Source: Acidobacteriota bacterium (GTDB lineage Bacteria > Acidobacteriota > Terriglobia > Bryobacterales > Bryobacteraceae). Taken from it: 64,000 nucleotides of DNA. The position numbers were made by a program, and so were the translations under genes. Location: the NCBI GenBank assembly GCA_026394075.1, contig JAPKYX010000193.1, positions 3,053 to 67,052 of the forward strand. Direction: 5' to 3'. How positions within the stretch are numbered: the first letter of the stretch is position 1; each line of letters opens with the position of its first letter. Below the pieces are notes generated by a model, which searched no databases, was not told the origin of the DNA, and worked only from the letters and a program-made list of their open reading frames with translations. Positions 38,575 to 47,416 of this stretch are shown here, in pieces.

Positions 38575-39467
38575 TGCGGTTCCCGGATCCGCGGGTCCAG
38601 CTGATAGAGCGCCAGGTCCGCGACCAGATTGGCAACCGCCATGATCGCCGCCAGCAACAAGATCACCACCAACACCACCGGGTAGTCGCGCGCCTGCACC
38701 GATTCCAGAAACAGCGGCCCCAAGCCGGGCCACCCCGTCAACATCTCCACCAACATGGCTGAGCCGATCGCCTGGGCCACCGTCAACCCTGCCAGTGACA
38801 CCAACGGACTGGCCGCTGCCGGTAGGATCAGGCGCCGCCACAGCCGCCAACCCTGCACACCGCGCGACCGGGCCAACTGCACGAACGGCAAATCGGCCGC
38901 TTGCCACAAACCGCCCGACGCATGCAGAAACACCACCGGCAGCAACGACGCCAGCACGCCCCACCGCGGCAATCCCGCCCCGGAAACCGGCCACCCCAGC
39001 CACACCGCCAACCAAAGCAACAAACTGATCGCCACCGCGTCCGGCACCAGCAGCAGGGTGACCGCCAACGGCTCTGCGGCCAGAATCAGCCAGCGCTGGC
39101 GCGCTGCCACCAACCCCAGTGCCAACCCCAAGCACCACGCCCCCGCTAAAGCCGGCAGCGCGATCTGCAAGGTCGGACCCAGCCGCGCCGCCACCAACGG
39201 CAGGGCTGGGGTCTGATATGCCAAAGATCGGCCGCCCTCACCCGCCCAACAGGAGGCCACCCATGCCCCGTACTGCGAATACCAGGGAAGGTCCAAGCCC
39301 GCCGCGTGACGGGCCGCGGCCACCTGTGCCGGGTTGGCCTGTGGTTGATAGAGTTCCGCGCTGTAGTAATCCCCCGGCACGATGTGGAACAACAGGAAAC
39401 AGAGCAGTGAGGCCGCCCCGATCTGCCATAGTGCCGCAGCCAACCGGCGCACATAGAAGTTCAACAT
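38571..39467 (-). CDS. ABC transporter permease (DppB/OppB-like)
   Basis: 298 aa. MLNFYVRRLAAALWQI opening is typical of the family. Six TM-like segments. Confidence 0.85.
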   Translation of the reverse strand: MLNFYVRRLAAALWQIGAASLLCFLLFHIVPGDYYSAELYQPQANPAQVAAARHAAGLDLPWYSQYGAWVASCWAGEGGRSLAYQTPALPLVAARLGPTLQIALPALAGAWCLGLALGLVAARQRWLILAAEPLAVTLLLVPDAVAISLLLWLAVWLGWPVSGAGLPRWGVLASLLPVVFLHASGGLWQAADLPFVQLARSRGVQGWRLWRRLILPAAASPLVSLAGLTVAQAIGSAMLVEMLTGWPGLGPLFLESVQARDYPVVLVVILLLAAIMAVANLVADLALYQLDPRIREPQ

Positions 39468-40762
39468 GAGGCCCGGCCCGCCTCCAAGCGAACAACTCGG
39501 CCCGCTACTTGCGCGGCCAGCTTGGCATCGTGCGTAATCAACAGGCAGCCCATTCCCGATTGCGCCTGCATGGCGGCAATCTGACGCCAGACAACGGCAC
39601 GCGTGGCGTCATCGAGACCCGAGAGCGATTCATCGAGAATCAGCAGGCCTCCGTCTTCCAGCACTGACAGGCTGCGCGCCAGTGCCACCCGCGCCCGCTG
39701 CCCTTCGCTCAACGCCGTCACCCGGCGGGCCAGGATCGACGCCGGCAAGCCCAGGCGTTCCAACCACCGGCCAGTTTCCGGCACACTCGCTTCTGCCAAA
39801 CAGGCGGCCACCGTCAGGCGCGGGTTGAGGCTCTCTGACGGTTCCTGTGAGACCAACTGCACCGCACTCCTCCAGGGCCGCTGGGTATCTCCGGCTACGA
39901 TGCGCCCGGCTACAATGCGCCCGGTGTCCAGCCGTTCCCGGCGCGCAATGCAACGCGCCAGTGTTGACTTGCCCGCCCCCGACGGCCCCACCAAGGCCAC
40001 CGTCTCGCCCGCGTGAATGGCCAGTGACACCCGATCAAGGGCCGGAATGCGTTCACGCGCGGCCTGCGTCCACCAGCGCGTGGCGTAGGCTTTGCTCGCG
40101 TCTTGTACCTCCAGGACGCGCTCTGCCCGGACACGGGACGCAACCGGGGGCAGCGGTGGCGTGGGGTCCGACAACCGGTACACGGAGCAACCCAACTGCT
40201 GAAACAGTTCCTCGCGGTGGGAGGCGAACAGCACCGCCCGCCCCTCCCGCGCGGCCTCCAGCAGTAACGTCAGCACTACCTGTTCCCAGGCGGCATCCAG
40301 TTGTGAAGTCGGCTCGTCGGCCAGAATCAAGTCCGGGCTCAAAACGAGTGCCTGGGCAATCAGCACCCGCTGGCGTTCGCCGCCGCTCAGTTGATGGGGA
40401 TAGGCGGCCAACAACCGCCCTGAGCCCAGGCCTAACCGTGCCAGCATCGCCACCGCGTCTTCGTGGCTTTCCGCCAGCATGGCCACCTGCTCCAGTACCG
40501 GCCGGTAAGGGGAGAGGCTGGCCGTCAGATCCTGTGGAATGTAACCGATCCGCCCCGCCACCTCGCAGTGGCCCGTGGTTTGTGCCGCTGTGGACAGGCT
40601 GGCCGCCAGCCGCAGCAACATCGTCTTTCCGGAACCCGACTCCCCCGCTAACCCCACCACCGTCCCGCCACGCACCGTCAGCTCTGGAATGTGGAAAAGC
40701 CGCTGGCGGCCGATGCGAACGGTGAACTCTCGCAGATGTAGACCGTGCTCAGAAGATGTCAT
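39461..40762 (-). CDS. Fused double-NBD ABC transporter ATP-binding protein
   Basis: Two Walker A motifs (GESGSGKT, GPSGAGKS) and two signature motifs (LSGGERQR, LSEGQRAR). Start taken at MTSSEHG (40762). The upstream 261-aa extension in the ORF track is Arg-rich and non-coding-like. Confidence 0.8.
   Translation of the reverse strand: MTSSEHGLHLREFTVRIGRQRLFHIPELTVRGGTVVGLAGESGSGKTMLLRLAASLSTAAQTTGHCEVAGRIGYIPQDLTASLSPYRPVLEQVAMLAESHEDAVAMLARLGLGSGRLLAAYPHQLSGGERQRVLIAQALVLSPDLILADEPTSQLDAAWEQVVLTLLLEAAREGRAVLFASHREELFQQLGCSVYRLSDPTPPLPPVASRVRAERVLEVQDASKAYATRWWTQAARERIPALDRVSLAIHAGETVALVGPSGAGKSTLARCIARRERLDTGRIVAGRIVAGDTQRPWRSAVQLVSQEPSESLNPRLTVAACLAEASVPETGRWLERLGLPASILARRVTALSEGQRARVALARSLSVLEDGGLLILDESLSGLDDATRAVVWRQIAAMQAQSGMGCLLITHDAKLAAQVAGRVVRLEAGRASC
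39891..39920 (-). repeat. 15-bp imperfect tandem duplication inside the ABC ATPase gene (GRIVA-GRIVA)
   Basis: ccggctacgatgcgc / ccggctacaatgcgc on the + strand. Protein reads DTGRIVAGRIVAGDT. Confidence 0.85.
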
Positions 40763-40960
40763 GCTGGTGCCGGCTCCAGCGCTCGGGCGCCGGCGATGCC
40801 CGCGAACAAAGTAGCGGCCAAAGCCAATGCACAACGCCGCGCCAGATAGCCATTCGGGGTCATGCAAAAGGCTATCGCCGAACGCCTCATCAGTCAATCG
40901 CCTCCGGCCGTTCCGTGGGCCGTGTGAACGCAACGTTGATGGAGCGAATACTATTGGTCC

Positions 40961-43027
40961 ATGCCCGGGCCACTTTCGCCGCAAGGCACTGTTCAGAAGC
41001 ATGCGGTGGTTCTGCTGGCCGTCGCTTTGTTGGGCGCGCCATCGCTGATCGCGCAAGCCAAGCCGGCGGACCCGTTCCTCAACTGGTTGGACCATCTCGC
41101 GCAACGGCAACTGGACCAGCGGGAAAGGGCGATCGCCGAGATCCGCACGGTGGCGGAGGCGAACCGCCGGAAGCAGTTCGTCCGCCAGAAATTGGTCGAG
41201 ATCGTGGGCGGGCTGCCTGACTACCGCGGTCCGTTGAACGCCCGGGTGACGGGCCGGATGGTGGGCGAGTTCCACACGATCGAGAAAGTGATCTTTGAGA
41301 GTCTGCCGGGCTTTTTCGTCACGGGCAACCTGTACCGGCCGAACCGCGAAGGCCGCTATCCGGCGGTTCTGGTGCCATCCGGCCACACCCAGGAAGGTAA
41401 GCCTGAACCCCAGATCCTGGCGGCCAATCTGGCGCGGAACGGCTTCGTGGTGCTCACTTACGATCCGATCGGGCAGGGCGAACGCGAGCAGACCTATCTG
41501 CCGGAACTCGGCCGGCCGCTGTCGGGCGGGGGAGGCAATGAGCACCTGGAGCTAGGCGCGCGGAGCATCCTGATTGGCCAAAGCGTCGCCCGGTACTTCA
41601 TCTTTGACGCCCAGCGTGCCGTGGACTATTTGGTGTCGCGGCCCGATGTCGACGCGGATCGCATCGGCGTGGCCGGGTGCTCCGGCGGCGGCGCGATTGC
41701 GACTTATGTGGGTGTCTTTGATCCGCGAATCAAGGCGGCGGCTCCGGCCTGCTTCATCAATTCGTTTCGCACTCTGTTCTCGGGCCCGACGGCTGATTCG
41801 GAGATGAGCCTCCCCGCCTTTTTGGCGAGCGGGTTGGATGTGCCCGATTTCTTCGAACTGGCCGCGCCACTGCCGTGGCTGCTGCTGGCGACAACCGAAG
41901 ACTACTTCACGCCCGAGGGTGCCAAGCCCGTTTATGAAGAAGTCCGGCGCTGGTATCGCCTTTACGGCGCGGAGGACCGGGTTCGCTTTTTTGTGGGCCC
42001 CGGCCCCCACGGCATGCCCAAGGAGTCGCGGGAGGAAACGTATCGCTGGATGACTCGCTGGCTTAAGGGTGGGCAGGGAGACGTCGAGGACCGGCCGGTG
42101 AAGCTCTACACCAACCGCGAGCTTCAGGTCACCGCCAGCGGGCACGTGGACGGCGAGCCCGGCAGCCGGAAACTCCATCAGGTGATCCTCGACGAATTTC
42201 GAGTCCATCGGAAACCGCGCACAGTGGACGCATTGCTGGCCGAACTCCGGAGCCGGGGCGTTCCTTCGCCGGGTCCGGCTCCGGCAGTGATGGTGACGGA
42301 GCGGATCGCCGGCCAGAATTTCCGGATCGAGCGGATTCGCTTTGAGGGAGAGCCGGGAGTTGTCTGCCATGCGAACCTTTACTTGCCCGACGCTCCGGGA
42401 CGCAAACCGGCCGTGGTGCTGCTGGAGGACAAGCGGCTTCCAGTGCCCCTGCATGTAACCCGGAGTCCTTCCACCGCTCCGCTGGCCGAGGCGATGGTGA
42501 GGGCCGGTCGAGTGGTGCTGGAGTTGGAGCCGCGCGACTCGCCCAACGCCAACGACGGCCGTCCGTTCCTCGGCAACTGGGTCACCAACGAACGCGTTGA
42601 TCTGATCGGACGCAATCTGGCGGCGATGCGGGCTCACGACATCCTGGTGGGCGTGGACGTGCTGGCCGCGCGCCCCGACGTCGATGCGACTTCCATTCGC
42701 GGATACGCCCGTGGCGTCAAAGGGTTCTGGCTGATGCTGGCGGCGGCGGTGGATCAGCGGCTGAACAAGATCTGGCTGGATCGGACGCCGTGGAGCATGG
42801 CGGCTGCGCTGGAAGGCCCGTTGACCAGTTTTCTATTCGATGCCATGATTCCTGGTTTCGCCCTCCATTGGGACTTCAAGGATCTCGTCAGCGCCATTGG
42901 TGATCGCCGCGTTCTGTGGTCGGACCCGACCAACTGGATGAATCAAGTGGTCTACTCAGGTCCGGCCTACCGTTACCGCCATGTGGGGGAGCCCGAGATC
43001 GCCTACCTGGACGAGTTCTTTCAATAG
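40961..43027 (+). CDS. Secreted alpha/beta hydrolase (acetylxylan esterase / prolyl-oligopeptidase-like fold)
   Basis: 688 aa with a signal peptide. Nucleophile elbow GVAGCSGGG. HTQEGK and LTYDPIGQGER blocks. Confidence 0.7.
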   Translation: MPGPLSPQGTVQKHAVVLLAVALLGAPSLIAQAKPADPFLNWLDHLAQRQLDQRERAIAEIRTVAEANRRKQFVRQKLVEIVGGLPDYRGPLNARVTGRMVGEFHTIEKVIFESLPGFFVTGNLYRPNREGRYPAVLVPSGHTQEGKPEPQILAANLARNGFVVLTYDPIGQGEREQTYLPELGRPLSGGGGNEHLELGARSILIGQSVARYFIFDAQRAVDYLVSRPDVDADRIGVAGCSGGGAIATYVGVFDPRIKAAAPACFINSFRTLFSGPTADSEMSLPAFLASGLDVPDFFELAAPLPWLLLATTEDYFTPEGAKPVYEEVRRWYRLYGAEDRVRFFVGPGPHGMPKESREETYRWMTRWLKGGQGDVEDRPVKLYTNRELQVTASGHVDGEPGSRKLHQVILDEFRVHRKPRTVDALLAELRSRGVPSPGPAPAVMVTERIAGQNFRIERIRFEGEPGVVCHANLYLPDAPGRKPAVVLLEDKRLPVPLHVTRSPSTAPLAEAMVRAGRVVLELEPRDSPNANDGRPFLGNWVTNERVDLIGRNLAAMRAHDILVGVDVLAARPDVDATSIRGYARGVKGFWLMLAAAVDQRLNKIWLDRTPWSMAAALEGPLTSFLFDAMIPGFALHWDFKDLVSAIGDRRVLWSDPTNWMNQVVYSGPAYRYRHVGEPEIAYLDEFFQ

Positions 43028-43062
43028 GCGCTGTGCACCGTGGCGTGCTCCACGCGCCTGGG

Positions 43063-43716
43063 CTATGCCTCGTCCTCCCAACCCTTCACGCGGCGGCCCG
43101 TGATCTGCTCCAGGCTTCGCGGTGCCGGCCGCTTGGACCCATTGGCCGACTGGCCGTGGTGGGTCATGACAGGGCCGGGGAATCCGATCAACTGCCAACC
43201 GATCATTCCCGCATTGCCGCCGTGCAGCGGATCGCAGAACATGCCCTCAATGGTCTGCGTGCGGAGTAGTTGGAAGAAGTCCGTCCTCTCGATCGCCTGC
43301 AGTCGCCGGTCCTGCTCCTCAGCGGTTTGGTCCGCGAAGGATGCGCCCAGCAGCGCCAAACCCTGCCGGTAGGTTTCTCGCGGCGATGCCGGCCGCTGGT
43401 TGCCGTGCTCAGGAACGGATTCCCGCCACGGCCCCTTGGTGTAGCGGTACTTGTCCCGGCCGTATGGGCCGGCCAGCTGCCGATCGATGTAGATGATCAC
43501 CGCCGCCTCTTTCGCTCCAGGGCCATTCTCATCAGAAGGGAAGATGCGATCGCAAGCCGCCGTCACCACTTGCGCCTCGACCGCCGTAAAGAAGCGGAGC
43601 GGCACGCGAAGCTCCTTCTGCTGTGCGCTTACGAGCGACGGCCGCCCGGCCAGAGAATACCAGAGTGAGCCGCCCAGCGTGTGTGCGGGGATGGTGAGAA
43701 ACTCGCGGCGCTTCAT
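43063..43716 (-). CDS. Gluconate 2-dehydrogenase subunit 3-family protein (TAT-signal small subunit)
   Basis: MKRREFLTIPAHTLGG TAT leader and FFTAVEAQVVTAACDRIFPSDENGPGAKEA family block. ATGA overlap with the GMC gene stop. Confidence 0.85.
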   Translation of the reverse strand: MKRREFLTIPAHTLGGSLWYSLAGRPSLVSAQQKELRVPLRFFTAVEAQVVTAACDRIFPSDENGPGAKEAAVIIYIDRQLAGPYGRDKYRYTKGPWRESVPEHGNQRPASPRETYRQGLALLGASFADQTAEEQDRRLQAIERTDFFQLLRTQTIEGMFCDPLHGGNAGMIGWQLIGFPGPVMTHHGQSANGSKRPAPRSLEQITGRRVKGWEDEA

Positions 43717-45545
43717 GCCAGTGCTCCCGGGTGTTTCAGATAGCGGTTGATCAGCGCATCGCAAGCGCGGAGCGTGATCGAAAGAGACGTGATGGTTGGA
43801 TTTGTCGCTCCGGCCTGCGGGAAAGCGGATGCTCCTACTACCCAGAGATTCGAAAGGTGCCAGTGTTGCAGGTAGGAGTTGACCACGCTGTTGGCGGGAG
43901 AATCGCCCATGATGGCCCCACCATGCAGGTGGCTGGTGGCGTAGGCGGAGGTCTGGTAGCGGCCGGTGCGCCGACCCGCGCCACGGCCCCCTCCTTCGAT
44001 CACTTTGGCACCCGACACTGCCGCCATCTCGCGGGCCATTTTGGCTGAGACCCGGGCGGCGAAAGCACGAACGCGCTGCTCGTGCTCGGTCCAATCGATG
44101 GTGGTGCGAAGCAGCGGATCACCCCACTTGTCCGTGTACGTCGGGTCCAGGTCGAGATAGTTGTGTTTGTACGCGAGGTGCTCCGCTTCAAACGTCGGAG
44201 CGCCGGCGATGCGATCGTGATACTCCAAGGTCGCCTTCTTCCATTGCGAACCCCAATTGCGCGGTGCGGCACCCGCAGGCATCGCACCGAAGGAGGCAAT
44301 CGGCAGACCCGATCCGCCGCCTCCGCCAGTGAAGGTGCCCCCGCGGAGAATCCCGGTCTCGTTCTCGATGCCGTTGAAGCCGTCGAAGTCCGAGACCGAC
44401 ATCCCCTGACCGCCAGCCCGCATCCCCTCTCCCATCGGCTGCTTGTGGATCAACTGCAGGTCCGCGCCGCCTGACAGCTGATGGGTGAAGTTTTTGCCGA
44501 GCGTGCCTTGCCCCGTGAGCGGATCATACGGCACTCCAATCTTGGACATCAGCAGCAATCGCACGTTATTGGGCGTGAACGCTCCGGCCACCACCAGGTC
44601 CGCCGGTTGGAACACTTCCTGGCCTTGGCTGTCCATATAGACCACGCCCTCGGCGCGCCCATTTTGGTGCTTGATGCGCCGCACCCAACAGCCATTGCGC
44701 AGCGTGAACGACTTGCGCCGCCGCAGAATGGGCATCAGTAGATTGGTCGGCTGCGCCTTGGAGCCAATCATGCAGCCATACATTGCGCAGTAGCCGCAAT
44801 AGGCACAGGCCGGCCGCTGGATGCCATCGGGGTTCTTGTAGTCAAACGGCAGAGTTGCCGCGGGTCGGTTGTAGGGGTGATAGCCGAGCTGCCGCGCGGC
44901 TGTCTCAAATTGAGCCATCCCGCCAGTCTTGCGGTGCGGTCCGACGGGATACTCCTTCGAACGCGGCCCTTCAAAAATGTTCCCGCCCTCGATTTTGCGG
45001 CCCTGGATGTTGCCCGCCTTGCCGCCGATGCCCATCATCTCCTCGACGCGCGTGTAGTAGGGCTCAATGTCATTCCAGGTGAAGGCCCAGTCCTGCACTG
45101 ACAGATGCTCGGGCAGCTTAGCCGTGCCAAAGCGTTCCCGGAGAGCTGTCGCCAGTACGAACGTGTCGGCCGGGTAGCGGTTGGCTACGCCCGCCCAGTG
45201 CTCGCCGCCACCGCCGGTGCCGGTGCCGATCCGCGCATGGCCCCATTGCCGGACGGGCGCGGCCGTATCGCGAATCGTGTGCCGGTGGGTTAACGTCTCC
45301 TCCGCGATGTTCTGCAGCATCCGCATGCGGATGGAGTAGTCCACTTCGTCCATGTTGGCCGAATACTCAGAGACTGAACGGGCGGCACCCCGTTCCAGCA
45401 CCACCACTTCCAGGGCGGTCCGCGTGGTGATCTCTTTGGCCGTCGCCAAACCGGTCCAGCCACCGCCCGCGATCACGACGTCTACTTTTTTCAGCGTCAG
45501 CAAGCTGCGCCTCCCATGCCAAGTCTCGACCCCGCCCCAGTGCAT
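43713..45545 (-). CDS. GMC-family FAD oxidoreductase (flavoprotein subunit)
   Basis: VDVVIAGGGWTGLATAKE Rossmann motif. C-terminal HLHGGAIMG...NLWVVGASAFP. The exact start is uncertain. Confidence 0.85.
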   Translation of the reverse strand: MHWGGVETWHGRRSLLTLKKVDVVIAGGGWTGLATAKEITTRTALEVVVLERGAARSVSEYSANMDEVDYSIRMRMLQNIAEETLTHRHTIRDTAAPVRQWGHARIGTGTGGGGEHWAGVANRYPADTFVLATALRERFGTAKLPEHLSVQDWAFTWNDIEPYYTRVEEMMGIGGKAGNIQGRKIEGGNIFEGPRSKEYPVGPHRKTGGMAQFETAARQLGYHPYNRPAATLPFDYKNPDGIQRPACAYCGYCAMYGCMIGSKAQPTNLLMPILRRRKSFTLRNGCWVRRIKHQNGRAEGVVYMDSQGQEVFQPADLVVAGAFTPNNVRLLLMSKIGVPYDPLTGQGTLGKNFTHQLSGGADLQLIHKQPMGEGMRAGGQGMSVSDFDGFNGIENETGILRGGTFTGGGGGSGLPIASFGAMPAGAAPRNWGSQWKKATLEYHDRIAGAPTFEAEHLAYKHNYLDLDPTYTDKWGDPLLRTTIDWTEHEQRVRAFAARVSAKMAREMAAVSGAKVIEGGGRGAGRRTGRYQTSAYATSHLHGGAIMGDSPANSVVNSYLQHWHLSNLWVVGASAFPQAGATNPTITSLSITLRACDALINRYLKHPGALA

Positions 45546-45636
45546 CCGCGAGGTTCAGGCCACCTACCCAAATCAAGGTGGAGATATTTCATCACACTTG
45601 GATTTCTCCAACTTGGATAAGGTGCCGGGTCGCCGA

Positions 45637-47055
45637 TCAGGCAGTTACTGGTGCAATCCGTTGGTGCCAGTCCGTCGCCGCCTGATAGGCATGGCCCACC
45701 CGGAACAGGGTGGCCTCATCGAAGTACCTAGCGCAGAACTGAATGCCCAACGGTAACGCCGGAGGGCCACCCGTGAAACCGCACGGCAGTACCAGGGCCG
45801 GGATGCCCGTGACGTTGGCCAGGTTGAAGGAATCCGGCCGCGGCGGCAATGGCGGATTTCGGGGAGCGTCTGTGCCCACAATCTCCAACTCCAATTGCGG
45901 TGCGGCGTTTCCCGCCGGCAGCATCAGGACGTCGCAGAGCCCGAACACCCGCCGCATCTCTTCAACCAGCAACGTACGGGCGCGTAACGCCTTGATGTAG
46001 TCCATGGCCGAATGGAAAGTGCCTGCCTCCAGGCGTTCGCGGACCAGTGGGTCAAACAGCTCAGCGTGCTGCTTCAGCCGCTGCTCATGGAAGGCGGCGG
46101 ATTCGGACGCAAGGATCACCCCCGATGTGGGGCCCACCAAGCCAGCATGCGCCACGGTGATGTCCACCAACACCATGCCCAAATCCTTCAGCACCCTGAT
46201 CGCGCGGCGGAGGGCAGCGTCAGTTTCCGGGTGGACGTGGTTGAAATAGTGGTTGGTTGGAATGCCCAGCCTTAAACCCTTCACGCCGCCCCGGAGCGCC
46301 TTCACGTAATCGGGAACGGCCTTCGCCGCTGCTGCCGGATCCCGTGGGTCTGCCCCGGCGATCACCTGGAGCATCTGGGCGACGTCGGCCACCGTGCGGG
46401 CCATCGGCCCCACATGGTCTAGCGTCCAACTGAGTGCGGTGACGCCGAAGCGGCTGATCCGGCCATAGGTGGGCTTCAAGCCGACCACCCCGCAACTCTT
46501 TGCCGGGCCCCGAATGGACCCGCCCGTATCAGTGCCCAGCGTCAGCGGCACCATCCCCGCCGCCAAAGCCGCTCCTGAGCCGCTGGAAGAACCCGATGGC
46601 GAATAGGCCAGATCCCACGGATTGCGTGCCGGTCCGTTCAGCCCTTTCTGCCCGCTACCCATGGCGAACTCGAGCAGATTGAGCTTGCCCACCAGAATGG
46701 CACCCGCCCTTTGCAGGCGCGCCGTCACCGTGGATTCGAAATCGGGCCCCCAGTCAGCGGTCACCTTTGAGCCATTGGTGGTCCGCACGCCTTTGGTGGC
46801 GAACAGATCCTTCGGTGCATAGGGTATGCCGTGCAGCGGGCCCCGGTAGCGGCCGCGGGCGATCTCCCGTTCCGCCTGTCGCGCTTGATCCAGCGCCTGG
46901 GCGGCCGTCACGGTGAGGAAGGCCTGCACCTTTGGATTCAGGGCTTCGATCCGGTCGAGGCTGGCTTGCACCAGTTCCACCGGAGACAGCTTGCGCCCCT
47001 TCAGCAACGGACCCAACTCGGCAACGGACTTGAGCGGCAGTTCGGGAACGGGCAT
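45637..47055 (-). CDS. Amidase-signature family amidase (GatA-like), no signal peptide
   Basis: 472 aa. AS signature GSSSGSGAALAAGMVPLTLGTDTGGSIRGPA. Confidence 0.9.
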   Translation of the reverse strand: MPVPELPLKSVAELGPLLKGRKLSPVELVQASLDRIEALNPKVQAFLTVTAAQALDQARQAEREIARGRYRGPLHGIPYAPKDLFATKGVRTTNGSKVTADWGPDFESTVTARLQRAGAILVGKLNLLEFAMGSGQKGLNGPARNPWDLAYSPSGSSSGSGAALAAGMVPLTLGTDTGGSIRGPAKSCGVVGLKPTYGRISRFGVTALSWTLDHVGPMARTVADVAQMLQVIAGADPRDPAAAAKAVPDYVKALRGGVKGLRLGIPTNHYFNHVHPETDAALRRAIRVLKDLGMVLVDITVAHAGLVGPTSGVILASESAAFHEQRLKQHAELFDPLVRERLEAGTFHSAMDYIKALRARTLLVEEMRRVFGLCDVLMLPAGNAAPQLELEIVGTDAPRNPPLPPRPDSFNLANVTGIPALVLPCGFTGGPPALPLGIQFCARYFDEATLFRVGHAYQAATDWHQRIAPVTA

Positions 47056-47058
47056 GGC

Positions 47059-47337
47059 TCAGTGCGTCTCGGACGCGAGATCCCCACCCGGTATGCCCGC
47101 GGTCGGCGCTACCTCGTCGCCCACCGTCAAGTCGCGGAGCACTCGCAGTTGCCCTTGCCTGCTTTCGAGAACAGGCTTCAGGACCAATAGGCGCTCGTCC
47201 GTCAAGCGCACTCCATGTGCCGCGGACACAACACGGAGCGACTCCAGGTCCGGGGCAGCAGGCTGCTGAGGCGAAGCCACGCCGCTGCCGCCGGAAAGCA
47301 TTAGGGAGCCCACAAACAGCCGCCGGTCAACCTTCAT
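47059..47337 (-). CDS. Small TAT-leader protein, possibly GatC/AtzG-like partner of the amidase
   Basis: MKVDRRLFVGSLMLSGG twin-arginine-like leader. The stop lies 3 nt before the amidase ATG. The GatC-like assignment rests on size and position only; alternative start at 47364. Confidence 0.45.
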   Translation of the reverse strand: MKVDRRLFVGSLMLSGGSGVASPQQPAAPDLESLRVVSAAHGVRLTDERLLVLKPVLESRQGQLRVLRDLTVGDEVAPTAGIPGGDLASETH

Positions 47338-47416
47338 TCTTGGGACATCTCCTCTGCGCCGCATGGTTGCCGCGCGCTTCGATCATAGACAAATTCCAGA
47401 CAAATCCAACGGCCAC

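Noticed and set aside
38575-39138. N-terminal extension of the DppC-like permease ORF, and the 289-aa ORF at 37583-38452
   Set aside because: Both lie in alternative frames of well-supported permease and SBP genes. ATGA coupling at 38571-38574 gives a clean start.
40763-41545. 261-aa N-terminal extension of the ABC ATPase ORF (ORF track 39461-41545)
   Set aside because: The extension is Arg-rich, has no ABC motifs and overlaps the oppositely oriented hydrolase gene. NBD1 begins right after the internal ATG at 40762.
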